A stretch of DNA of 64,000 nt from contig CAYXWH010000003.1 in NCBI GenBank assembly GCA_964468755.1, positions 8,421 to 72,420 on the forward strand, given 5' to 3'. Origin of the DNA: an uncultured Dehalococcoidaceae bacterium. GTDB lineage: Bacteria > Chloroflexota > Dehalococcoidia > Dehalococcoidales > RBG-16-60-22. Positions 47,597 to 57,014 of this stretch are shown piece after piece. The position numbers and the translations under genes are program-made. The notes under the pieces were generated by a model that saw only the letters and a list, made by a program, of their open reading frames with translations, did no database searches and was not told the DNA's origin. The stretch's first letter is position 1, and every line of letters begins with the position of its first letter.

Positions 47597-48943
47597 ATGG
47601 CACTAACCGGAATAGAGATATTTAAATTACTACCCAAGACCAATTGCGGTGAGTGCGGGGTACCCACCTGTCTCGCCTTCGCCATGAACCTGGCGGCAGG
47701 TAAAGCCGAGCTCTCTGCCTGCCCCTATGTGTCCGAAGAGGCACGGGAAAAGCTATCGGAAGCTGCGGCGCCACCAATCCTGCCGGTTACCATTGGCACG
47801 GGGGAGAGAGCCCTGAAGATTGGCGGTGAGACGGTCATGTTCCGTCATGAAAAAAGGTTCGAGAATCCTCCCGGCATAGCCATCCTGGTCAGCGACAGCA
47901 TGGATGCCGCTGAAATCGATGCCAGGATAGACAAATGCAACACGATGCAGTATGAGAGAGTCGGCCTTATCCTCCGCCCCGACCTGATAGCGGTAAAAGA
48001 TGATTCCGGGGACGCAGCGAAGTTTACCGCTCTTGCCAGCAAAGTCAAGGAAAAGAGCGACGCCGGATTTATCCTGATAAGCGACAACCCGGATATCCTC
48101 GCCGCTGCGGTGAAGGACTGTGCCGACCGCAAGCCGCTGCTCTATGCCGCCACCAAGGATACCGTCGACCGTATGGCTGAGCTAGCCAAGGAAAGCTCCT
48201 GTCCACTGGCGGTAAAAGGGGCAAACCTCGAAGAACTGGCGGAAATAACCGAAAAACTCACTGCCGACGGAATCAAAAACCTGGTCATTGACTCTGGCTC
48301 GAGAACCCTCAAGCAGGCATTTGAAGACCAGATAATGATTAGAGGCGCCGCCCTTAACAAGAAGTTCCGTCCGCTGGGATACCCCACCATCACCTTCCCC
48401 GGAGAGATGACTGATAATCCCATGAAAGAAGCGATGCTCGCTGCTATGTTCATCGCCAAGTATGCCGGTATCATCGTTCTCTCTGACTTCCGGGGCGAAA
48501 GTCTTTTCCCATTGCTGGTGGAGAGGCTTAATGTTTATACTGATCCGCAGCGTCCGCTGGCGACTACTGAAGGAATCTACGAAATCAATAATCCCAAAGA
48601 GGACTCACCCCTATTGATTACTACTAACTTCTCGCTTACCTACTTCATTGTCTCTGGTGAACTTGAAAACAGCAGGGTACCCAGCTGGCTGCTGGTCAAG
48701 GACACTGAAGGACTTTCCGTGATGACCGCCTGGGCAGCCGGAAAATTCTCTGCCGATATCATCGGTCCTGCGGTCAAAAAGAGTGGTGTAGCCGACAAGA
48801 TCAAGCACCAGAAGCTGATTATCCCCGGCTACGTCGCCGCTGAAAGTGGGGGTCTGGAAGAAGAATTACCTGGCTGGGAAATCATGGTTGGACCCAGGGA
48901 AAGTGCTCACCTCCCAGCCTATCTTAAGACTTGGAAGCCTTAG
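47597..48943 (+). CDS. acsC: corrinoid iron-sulfur protein large subunit (AcsC/CdhE)
   Basis: 448-aa ORF with the N-terminal [4Fe-4S] motif LPKTNCGECGVPTCLAFAMNLA. Confidence 0.9.
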   Translation: MALTGIEIFKLLPKTNCGECGVPTCLAFAMNLAAGKAELSACPYVSEEAREKLSEAAAPPILPVTIGTGERALKIGGETVMFRHEKRFENPPGIAILVSDSMDAAEIDARIDKCNTMQYERVGLILRPDLIAVKDDSGDAAKFTALASKVKEKSDAGFILISDNPDILAAAVKDCADRKPLLYAATKDTVDRMAELAKESSCPLAVKGANLEELAEITEKLTADGIKNLVIDSGSRTLKQAFEDQIMIRGAALNKKFRPLGYPTITFPGEMTDNPMKEAMLAAMFIAKYAGIIVLSDFRGESLFPLLVERLNVYTDPQRPLATTEGIYEINNPKEDSPLLITTNFSLTYFIVSGELENSRVPSWLLVKDTEGLSVMTAWAAGKFSADIIGPAVKKSGVADKIKHQKLIIPGYVAAESGGLEEELPGWEIMVGPRESAHLPAYLKTWKP

Positions 48944-48952
48944 GAGGAAATA

Positions 48953-49828
48953 ATGATCCTTATCGGAGAAAGCATAAACGTAGTATCAAAGACCATCGGA
49001 CCAGCGATGAAAGAGAGAAATCCGAAGCCTATTCAGGAGATGGCCAAGGCCCAAGCTGAAGCCGGCGCGGACTATCTTGACGTCAATATTGGACCCGCCC
49101 GCCGAAACGGTGAGGAACTAATGGAATGGGTAGTCAACACCGTGCAAGAGGTAACCGATCTGCCATTATCATTGGACACCACCAATCCATCAGCCATGGA
49201 GGCAGGGCTAAAGGTATGCAAGAGCAAGGCATTAATTAATTCTATCTCTGTAGTCAGGATGGATGAAGAATTACCCCTTGCTCAACAATACAATGCCGAC
49301 TTCATCGGGCTCCTGTGGGGGCGTGAAGGAATGCCCAGGGACGCTGACGAAAGAGCCATGATAGCCCTTGAACTCACCACCACAGCCAACGGAATGGGTA
49401 TACCCAACGAGCGTACCTGGCTTGACCCCATTGTCACGCCGGTAGTCAACATTGAGTCAAACCAAGCCAAGCCATGCCTGGAGTTCATGATGAGTGCGGC
49501 TGATGTCATCCCGGGATGTAAATCGGTGGTAGGCTTATCCAACGTTTCCAACGGTGCCCCTACCCACCTCCGCCCTCATCTCAACCGGACCTACCTGATA
49601 ATGCTGATGCGCTACGGGGTGTACTCCGCCATCGCTGACGTCTTCGATAAGGAGTTAGTATCAATCGCCAGGGGTGAGATGCCGGAAATTGCTGACCTGG
49701 TCTATCGCGTAATGAATGGCGACACACCGGATATGTCCTCATTGAACCGGAAGGAACGGGAATATGTAAAGACAGCCACGGTTATCACCGGAGAATCACT
49801 CTATTCTCATTCCTGGCTTGAGATATAG
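48953..49828 (+). CDS. acsE: methyl-THF:corrinoid/iron-sulfur protein methyltransferase
   Basis: 291-aa ORF starting MILIGESINV...PIQEMAKAQAEAGADYLDVNIGP (pterin-binding TIM barrel). Confidence 0.85.
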   Translation: MILIGESINVVSKTIGPAMKERNPKPIQEMAKAQAEAGADYLDVNIGPARRNGEELMEWVVNTVQEVTDLPLSLDTTNPSAMEAGLKVCKSKALINSISVVRMDEELPLAQQYNADFIGLLWGREGMPRDADERAMIALELTTTANGMGIPNERTWLDPIVTPVVNIESNQAKPCLEFMMSAADVIPGCKSVVGLSNVSNGAPTHLRPHLNRTYLIMLMRYGVYSAIADVFDKELVSIARGEMPEIADLVYRVMNGDTPDMSSLNRKEREYVKTATVITGESLYSHSWLEI

Positions 49829-49899
49829 TGAAACAATAGTGATTGGTCAATCAGCGAAGTATGGAGCGAGCAGCCGGGGAATAATAGATATATTTGCGG

Positions 49900-50571
49900 A
49901 TGAACGATAAAAACCTGACCTTGCCGAAAAAGAAATACGAGTACGGCTACGAGCTTGCGTACCAGATTGCGAGCAAGCAACTGGCCAGCCTTACTGCTAT
50001 TGAGCAGCAGTGTCTCAATAGCGGCGCACGCTATATTGATGCCGGAAAAGTCAGTATCGACTACCTGAATCAATCATACCTCATTTCGATTCCCACTGCT
50101 GAAGTCTCAACGCTGACCGGGAAAGAGAAGGTTCCCATCAGGGATACCATCCTCATCCTCCACTACTTTATCCAGGCGAAAGGGACCCCCCTTTCCCACC
50201 GGCTGGTCGCCTACCGGGAACTCAAGGAAGGTTCACTATATGCTCCGGTATTCTACCAGCGCGCCCTCAAGCCACTGGTTGACCATTTCGGCAACGAGCC
50301 GCAGCGGTTACTGGATACCGCCGGGGCTCTGGGTGGGCAGCCTGCCCGGTTTGGAGACGTAGCGGTAACCATTGACGCCTTCCCCCGGGTGCCTATCACC
50401 CTGGCCCTGTGGAGGGGTGATGACGAATTCCCACCGGAAGGGAACCTGATGTTTGACAGTACGGTACCCGACTACCTGACCAGTGATGATATTCATGCAT
50501 TATGTGAAATTATAGCCTGGAGGCTGGTTAAACTGCTCAAGGCGGGAGGTGATAGCCCTGATAAAAGGTAA
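49900..50571 (+). CDS. DUF3786-like protein
   Basis: ATG at 49900 (the ORF track uses a TTG at 49894). The pattern FGDVAVTIDAFPRVPITLALWRGDDEFPPEGNLMFDSTVPDYL matches my recollection of DUF3786, a family often found next to acs genes. Confidence 0.6.
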   Translation: MNDKNLTLPKKKYEYGYELAYQIASKQLASLTAIEQQCLNSGARYIDAGKVSIDYLNQSYLISIPTAEVSTLTGKEKVPIRDTILILHYFIQAKGTPLSHRLVAYRELKEGSLYAPVFYQRALKPLVDHFGNEPQRLLDTAGALGGQPARFGDVAVTIDAFPRVPITLALWRGDDEFPPEGNLMFDSTVPDYLTSDDIHALCEIIAWRLVKLLKAGGDSPDKR

Positions 50572-50599
50572 TGTTCTCCAAGCAGATGTCAAGGAAACA

Positions 50600-51037
50600 A
50601 TGAAGGAAATCTTCGCCCACTATAGCGGCGGCCGGGAGGAGCTTATTCCCGTCCTGCAGGAGACCCAGCAACACTTCCGCTATTTACCCGAAGAAGCCAT
50701 GCAGGAAATTGCCAGATTTCTGAAAGTGCCGGCAAGCACCGTGTACGGAGTGGTTACCTTCTACGCTCAGTTCAAGCTTACGCCGTTAGGCAGGAAGATA
50801 GTCAAAATATGCCGGGGTACCGCCTGCCATGTCCGCGGTGGTGCCAAGATACTGGAGGAGGTAGAAAAACAGCTGGGTATTAAAGCCGGGGAGACCACCG
50901 AAGACCTTGAGTGGTCTCTGGAAACAATCGCCTGCTTTGGCTCGTGCGCACTGGCCCCGGTAATGGTGATTGATAATGAAGTGCACGGCCGTATGTCTCC
51001 AGCCAAGGTTAAATCGGTTCTTTCCGGTACGGAATAA
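50600..51037 (+). CDS. NuoE/HydC-like [2Fe-2S] subunit
   Basis: ATG at 50600 after AAGGA. Cysteine motif CRGTACHVRGG...CFGSCALAP. Confidence 0.85.
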   Translation: MKEIFAHYSGGREELIPVLQETQQHFRYLPEEAMQEIARFLKVPASTVYGVVTFYAQFKLTPLGRKIVKICRGTACHVRGGAKILEEVEKQLGIKAGETTEDLEWSLETIACFGSCALAPVMVIDNEVHGRMSPAKVKSVLSGTE

Positions 51038-51054
51038 GCTAAGAGGTGCGTCAA

Positions 51055-52995
51055 GTGAACTTCGAGGAGTTACAAAAAAAGGCAACCGCCGAGTGGCAAT
51101 CACTGAGCAATCTGGACCACCCGCATATCATCATCGGGACGGCTACCTGCGGTCGTGCCGCCGGAGCGATGGGTGTTATCGCTGCCATCAAGAATGAGCT
51201 TGCCAAACACAACATCCCGGCAACCATCACCCAGGTCGGCTGCATTGGCATCTGCTATGCCGAACCGCTGGTCGAGATAGCCAAGCCGGACCGGCCTCAT
51301 ATCGTCTATGGTAACGTTACCCCGAAAATGGTCCCCCAGCTTATCGAAGACTACCTCTTGCATGATAACCCTCATCCCGAACTGGCGATGGGTACTGTCG
51401 GTGAAGAGACTATCGAGGGAATTCCCCGGTTATGGGAGTTGCCTATACTGAAACCACAGGTACGAATATCGCTGCGAAATTGCGGGATTATCGACCCGGA
51501 GAAAATCGACCATTATATTGCCCGTGACGGTTATAGCGGGCTGGTAAATGCCCTGAAAAAGAGCCCGCAAGAAGTGATTGACGAAATAAAGAAATCAGGA
51601 CTGCGTGGTCGTGGTGGCGCCGGCTTTCCCACCGGCATGAAGTGGCAGTTCTGCCGTGACGCTCAGGGAATACCCAAGTACCTGATTTGCAATGCCGACG
51701 AAGGTGACCCCGGCGCCTTCATGGACCGGTCGCTGCTGGAAAGTGACCCCCATGCCGTGCTGGAGGGGATGCTCATCGGCGCCTATGCCATGGGCGCTAA
51801 CGACGGCTATCTTTACTGCCGTGCCGAGTACCCGCTGGCTATCGAACGGCTCAAGCTGGCGCTCCAGCAGATGGAAGCCTACGGACTGATTGGCGATAAT
51901 ATCCTCGGCACGGATTTCAGTTTCCACATCAAGATTAAAGAAGGCGCCGGCGCCTTTGTCTGCGGTGAAGAGACTGCCCTTATCGCCTCCATCGAGGGCA
52001 AGCGAGGTATGCCCCGCTCCCGTCCTCCCTTCCCCGCTCAGTCCGGTCTCTGGGGAAAACCGACCAATATCAATAACGTGGAGACGTGGGCTAATGTCTC
52101 CGCCATATTACAGCACAGCGGCGACTGGTATGCCGGTTACGGTACCGAAAAAAGCAAGGGCACCAAGACCTTTGCGCTGGCCGGAAAGATAAACCGTACC
52201 GGACTTATCGAAGTGCCCATGGGTATATCCCTCCGTGAAATCATTTACGGCATCGGTGGCGGTATACCCGGCGGTAAAGAATTCAAGGCGGTGCAGACCG
52301 GCGGACCTTCCGGCGGCTGCCTGCCCGCTACCCTGCTTGACCTGCCCGTTGAATATGAGTCCCTGGCCGAGGCCGGGGCTATCATGGGTTCGGGCGGCAT
52401 GGTGGTTATGGACTCGGACACGTGCATGGTTGATATCGCCCGCTACTTCCTGTCGTTTACCCAGTCGGAATCATGCGGGAAGTGTGTCCCCTGCCGGGTC
52501 GGTACCAAGCACATGCTGGACATCCTGGAAAAAATAACCCGGGGCGAAGGCACACCGGAAGATGTTGACCTGCTGCTCAATCTCGGTAAATCAATTAAGG
52601 TGGGGGCACTCTGCGGACTGGGACAGACAGCGCCCAATCCGGTGCTTACCACCTATCGCTACTTTGCTGATGAATATGAAGCGCATACCCGGGACAAGAT
52701 ATGCCCGGCTTTAGCCTGCACCGATCTGATTACTTTTTATATCCTGGCGGATAAGTGCCAGGGATGCGGCATTTGCCTGCGAAGTTGTCCGGCTGAAGCC
52801 ATCACCGGCGCCAAGCGACTGGTGCACGTCATTGACCAGAGTAAGTGTATCAAATGCGGCACCTGTCTTGAGGTCTGCCCCACCAAGTTCAGCGCAGTGG
52901 TCAAGGTCTCCGGAGAGGAAATAGCCGTGCCCAGTGAGCCGGTCCCGGTTACCGCCGCCAGACCCACCGCCGGCACAACGGCTCAAGATGAATGA
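51055..52995 (+). CDS. NuoF/HydB-like NAD(P)H-binding flavoprotein with extra FeS domains
   Basis: GTG at 51055 (or 51046). N-terminal thioredoxin-like [2Fe-2S] region (GTATCGRAAGA...GCIGICYAEP), GLRGRGGAGFPTGMKW (FMN/NADH site), CGKCVPCRVGT, and a C-terminal 2x[4Fe-4S] domain (CQGCGICLRSCP, CIKCGTCLEVCP). Confidence 0.9.
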   Translation: MNFEELQKKATAEWQSLSNLDHPHIIIGTATCGRAAGAMGVIAAIKNELAKHNIPATITQVGCIGICYAEPLVEIAKPDRPHIVYGNVTPKMVPQLIEDYLLHDNPHPELAMGTVGEETIEGIPRLWELPILKPQVRISLRNCGIIDPEKIDHYIARDGYSGLVNALKKSPQEVIDEIKKSGLRGRGGAGFPTGMKWQFCRDAQGIPKYLICNADEGDPGAFMDRSLLESDPHAVLEGMLIGAYAMGANDGYLYCRAEYPLAIERLKLALQQMEAYGLIGDNILGTDFSFHIKIKEGAGAFVCGEETALIASIEGKRGMPRSRPPFPAQSGLWGKPTNINNVETWANVSAILQHSGDWYAGYGTEKSKGTKTFALAGKINRTGLIEVPMGISLREIIYGIGGGIPGGKEFKAVQTGGPSGGCLPATLLDLPVEYESLAEAGAIMGSGGMVVMDSDTCMVDIARYFLSFTQSESCGKCVPCRVGTKHMLDILEKITRGEGTPEDVDLLLNLGKSIKVGALCGLGQTAPNPVLTTYRYFADEYEAHTRDKICPALACTDLITFYILADKCQGCGICLRSCPAEAITGAKRLVHVIDQSKCIKCGTCLEVCPTKFSAVVKVSGEEIAVPSEPVPVTAARPTAGTTAQDE

Positions 52996-55760
52996 GACAC
53001 GACATGGAAAAAATCACCCTGACCATTAACGGTCAGAAAGTCGAAGCGGAAAAAGGGATGACTGTTCTTGAAGCCGCCACTGCGGCTGGTATTTACATCC
53101 CCACGCTCTGCTATCATCCTGACCTGCAACCGTACGGCGGCTGCCGCCTGTGTGTCGTCGAGATTGAAAATGTCCGCGGTTTGCCTACTTCCTGCACCAC
53201 CCCCGCCACCGACGGCATGGTGGTCACCACGGAGTCCGAGGCTATCAACGAGGTACGCCGTACCTCTCTGGAACTGATACTGGCTAACCACCCCTGCGAA
53301 TGCCTGCTCTGTCACCGCCGCGACCGCTGCCAGCCTAATGATATATGTTTGCGCCACGTGGCGGTAACTGACCGCTGCGTGGTCTGCCCGCGAAACGGGC
53401 ACTGCGAGCTCCAGCAGGTAGTCGACTACCTTGGGGTGCATGAGTTACATATCAGCATGGACAAGAAGAGAGTACCGATAGACACCAGCAATCCCTTTTT
53501 CGATATTGACCGTAACCGCTGCATTCTCTGCGGCCGTTGCGTGCGTACCTGCCAGGAGATAACCTGTGCCGGGGCAATTGACATGTCCTATCGCGGCTAC
53601 TCCATGAAGGTAGCGACCTTCGGTGACACGCCACTGATGGACTCCACCTGCCGTTCCTGCGGTGAATGCATGGTCCGCTGTCCGGTAGGCGCCATTGTTC
53701 CCAAAAACACCGGTCAGGCGGAAACAGAGGTGTTAACCGTATGTCCTTACTGCGGAGTCGGCTGCCAGATGTATCTGGGTATTGCCGACGACCATATAGT
53801 GGGAGTCCGCGGTGATGAAGCAGGCCCGGCCAATCAGGGGCTGCTCTGTGTAAAAGGACGCTTTGGTATTACCGAGTTTGTCCACCACCCCGAGCGCCTG
53901 ACCACTCCCCTCATCAAGAGGAACGGTCACTTTGAAGAAGCTTCCTGGGAAGAGGCACTGGCGCTGGTAGCCAGCAAGCTGGAGAATTATGAAAGTGACC
54001 AGGTGGCAGTCATCTCTTCCGCCAAGTGCACCAACGAGGACAACTATGTAGCCCAAAAATTCGCCCGGGCGGTGCTGGGCACCAACAATGTCGACCACTG
54101 TGCCCGCCTCTGACATTCCCCCACAGTGGCCGGTCTGGTCACTACCCTCGGCAGCGGAGCCATGACCAACTCCATCTCCGATATAAAGGACGCCGCCTGT
54201 ATCCTCTCCATCGGCAGCAATACCACTACCTCCCACCCGGTAATCGGCATGCGGGTGCTCCAGGCGGTACAGAAAGGTACCAAACTGATTGTCGCCAATC
54301 CCCGGGAAATTGACCTTGTCCGCTATGCTGACCTGTGGCTGCGGCACCGCTCCGGCACCGATGTCGCCCTGCTCATGGGCATTATGAAGATAATCGTTGA
54401 TGAAGGATTAGCCGACGACAGCTTTATCCAGCAGCGGTGCGAGAATTTTGACGCTTTTCGAGAATCATTAAACGATTATCCCCTTGATACAGTGGAGCGA
54501 ATTACCGGGGTACCGGCCGACCGGATAGTTGCCGCCGCCAGGATGTACGCTACGAATAGTCCGGCATCCCTCCTCTATGCGATGGGCATTACCCAGCACT
54601 CTCACGGGACCGACAACGTCATTGCTACCGCCAATCTGGCGATGCTTACCGGCAATATCGGTAAGCCGGGGAGCGGGGTAAACCCGCTCCGCGGGCAGAA
54701 TAATGTGCAGGGTGCGTGTGACGTGGGCGCCCTGCCCAATGTCTATCCCGGCTACCAGTCGGTTGCCGACCCGGCAATCCGGGAGAAATTCGAGAATGCC
54801 TGGGATTACCGGCTGAACCCTGCCCCGGGAATGGTGCTCACCGAGATTATCCCCGCCGCTTATGAAGGCAAGATAAAGGCAATCTATCTCATCGGGGAAA
54901 ACCCCATCCTCAGCGACCCGGATGCCAGCCATGTTGAAGAAGCATTGAAGCACCTGGATTTCTTCGTCGTTCAGGACATTTTCCTTTCGGAGACAGCGAA
55001 ACTGGCTGACGTTGTTTTACCGTCAACCACTTTCGCTGAAAAGGAAGGCACTTACACCAATACCGAGCGCCGCGTGCAACTGTCACAAAAAGCCATCAAT
55101 CCGGCAGGTAGCTGCAAGCCCGACTGGTGGATTACCCGGCAGATTGCCCAGCGGATGGGTGGCAAGGGATTTGAGTACCAGAATCCCGCTCAGATTATGC
55201 AGGAAATAGCCAGATTGACCCCCAGCTATGGAGGTATTTCCTTCGAGCGCCTCGAAAGAGAAGGCGGCTTGCAGTGGCCCTGCCCCACCGAAGAACACCC
55301 CGGAACGCCCATTCTGCATACCGCTCAGTTCACCCGGGGTAAGGGAAGGTTTATACCACTGGAATACAAGCCTCCCATGGAACTCCCCGATGATGAGTAC
55401 CCGCTGATTCTCACCACCGAGCGCGACCTGTTCCACTTCCACACCGGCACCATGACACGAAAAGTCAAGGGCCTCAACACCTTCCGGTCGGAAGAGTTCG
55501 TGCAGATAAGTCCGCAGGACGCCGAGTCGCTCAACATCATGGATGGTGACATGGTACAGGTGACTTCCCGTCGCGGTGAGGTGACCGCCAGAGCACAGCT
55601 TACCGACATTTCCCCGGTTGGCGTCATTTCGATGACCTTTCACTTTGCGGAAAGCCCCACCAATAAAGTGACCAGCCCGGCACTTGACCCGGTAGCCAAG
55701 ATACCTGAGTTCAAGGTAGCAGCGGTAAGAATCAAGAAAAGCGAATTAGTACCCCGATAA
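52992..55760 (+). CDS. fdhA: formate dehydrogenase catalytic subunit, selenocysteine-containing (TGA at 54111-54113 read as Sec)
   Basis: ORF-track entries 52992..54113 and 54126..55760 are in the same frame, separated only by TGA plus 12 nt. Read-through gives [30 protein letters not shown]. The N-terminal part carries NuoG-like 2Fe-2S and 4Fe-4S motifs and CPYCGVGCQM. The C-terminal part is the Mo/W-bisPGD domain. Total 922 aa. Confidence 0.88.
54125..54143 (+). other. SECIS-like hairpin
   Basis: AGUGGCC-GGUCU-GGUCACU: a 7-bp stem with one G-U pair and a GGUC-containing apical loop. It begins 11 nt after the UGA, the same spacing and loop sequence as I recall for the E. coli fdhF SECIS. 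Confidence 0.6.
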
Positions 55761-55775
55761 GGACAGCGATTATTT

Positions 55776-56981
55776 ATGAATGACTCAGCTACCAGCAGGT
55801 CCAGCCTGCGCTCATTTTTTACCGGACTGCTGCCGCTTTTCGTCCTGGCGCACTGTGCCCATCACATCATCAATTCCCTGACGGTCCCCCTCCTGCCCAT
55901 GATTCGTGAAGACTTTGCCCTTACCTATACCCAGGCAGGATTTATCGCTTCGGCATTCAGCATCGCCTACGGTATCGGGCAACTGCCATCGGGATGGCTC
56001 GCCGACCGTATTGGAGCCCGCATCACTATTACTATAGGTATCGTGGGAGTTGCCGTGGCAGGGTTTCTCGTCGGGGTTTCTCAGACCTATATCATGGTGG
56101 TTATCGTCATGGTACTGATGGGAATAGCTGGCGGCGGTTATCACCCCTCGGCAGCACCGATGATATCGGCATCAGTAGCACCGGAGAAGCGCGGCCGGGC
56201 ACTGGGAATTCACCTGACCGGTGGTGGCATCAGCTTTTTCCTGTCGCCACTCATCGCAGCTGCCATCGCCACCATCTGGGGCTGGCGCGGGGCATATCTG
56301 AGCCTATCCATTCCCACCATTATCTTCGGCATCATTTTCTACGTGCTACTGAAGCGTGTGCAGTCAACCCGGACAGCACGGCGAGAGACCGCCATAACGC
56401 ATGCGGAAACACCACCGGTTCCAGGTGAACGCCGCCGCCTGGTGGTGATTATCATTCTCAACACCATCATCCAGGCGACATATCTATCAATAGTCACCTA
56501 TATCCCGCTGTTCCTGGTAGACAATTTTGGTATTAGCGAAGGGGCAGCAGCTTCCATGATGGCACTACTATACTCCGGCGGGCTCTGGGTGAGTCCTCTG
56601 GGAGGCTACCTTTCCGACCGTCTGGGTAGGCTGCCGGTAATACTGACGGTATGTTTTATCACCGGCCCCTTCATTTACCTGCTTAATATAGTGCCACAGG
56701 GAATTGCCTTCGGTGCTTTCCTGGTTATCCTGGGGATGATTCAGTATATGCGTATGCCGGTATCGGAAGCATATGTTGTCGACCACACTCCAGAGGGTAA
56801 ACGCTCGACCATAATGGGAATATACTATTTCGGCAATATGGAAGTCGGCGGTCTGCTAACACCGGCAATCGGCTACCTTATAGACCGGTTTGGCTTCTAT
56901 ACCAGTTTCTCCATTACCGGCGCAGCGATCCTGGCAGTATTCCTGCTCTGTTCCGTCTTCTTATGGAAACGGGGGGACTAG
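55776..56981 (+). CDS. MFS transporter
   Basis: 401-aa polytopic ORF with LPSGWLADRIGAR and GGYHPSAAPMIS. It lies 15 nt downstream of fdhA. Confidence 0.8.
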   Translation: MNDSATSRSSLRSFFTGLLPLFVLAHCAHHIINSLTVPLLPMIREDFALTYTQAGFIASAFSIAYGIGQLPSGWLADRIGARITITIGIVGVAVAGFLVGVSQTYIMVVIVMVLMGIAGGGYHPSAAPMISASVAPEKRGRALGIHLTGGGISFFLSPLIAAAIATIWGWRGAYLSLSIPTIIFGIIFYVLLKRVQSTRTARRETAITHAETPPVPGERRRLVVIIILNTIIQATYLSIVTYIPLFLVDNFGISEGAAASMMALLYSGGLWVSPLGGYLSDRLGRLPVILTVCFITGPFIYLLNIVPQGIAFGAFLVILGMIQYMRMPVSEAYVVDHTPEGKRSTIMGIYYFGNMEVGGLLTPAIGYLIDRFGFYTSFSITGAAILAVFLLCSVFLWKRGD

Positions 56982-57014
56982 CCACCGGGCTTGGTTACGG
57001 GCATTCCAGATAGA

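Noticed and set aside
54126-55760. ORF-track entry suggesting a separate 544-aa molybdopterin oxidoreductase starting at ATG 54126, with 52992-54113 as a separate 373-aa FeS protein.
   Set aside because: Both entries are in the same frame, separated only by TGA plus 12 nt. The junction reconstitutes the conserved [9 protein letters not shown] FDH active site and has a SECIS-like hairpin. They are merged into one Sec-containing fdhA.
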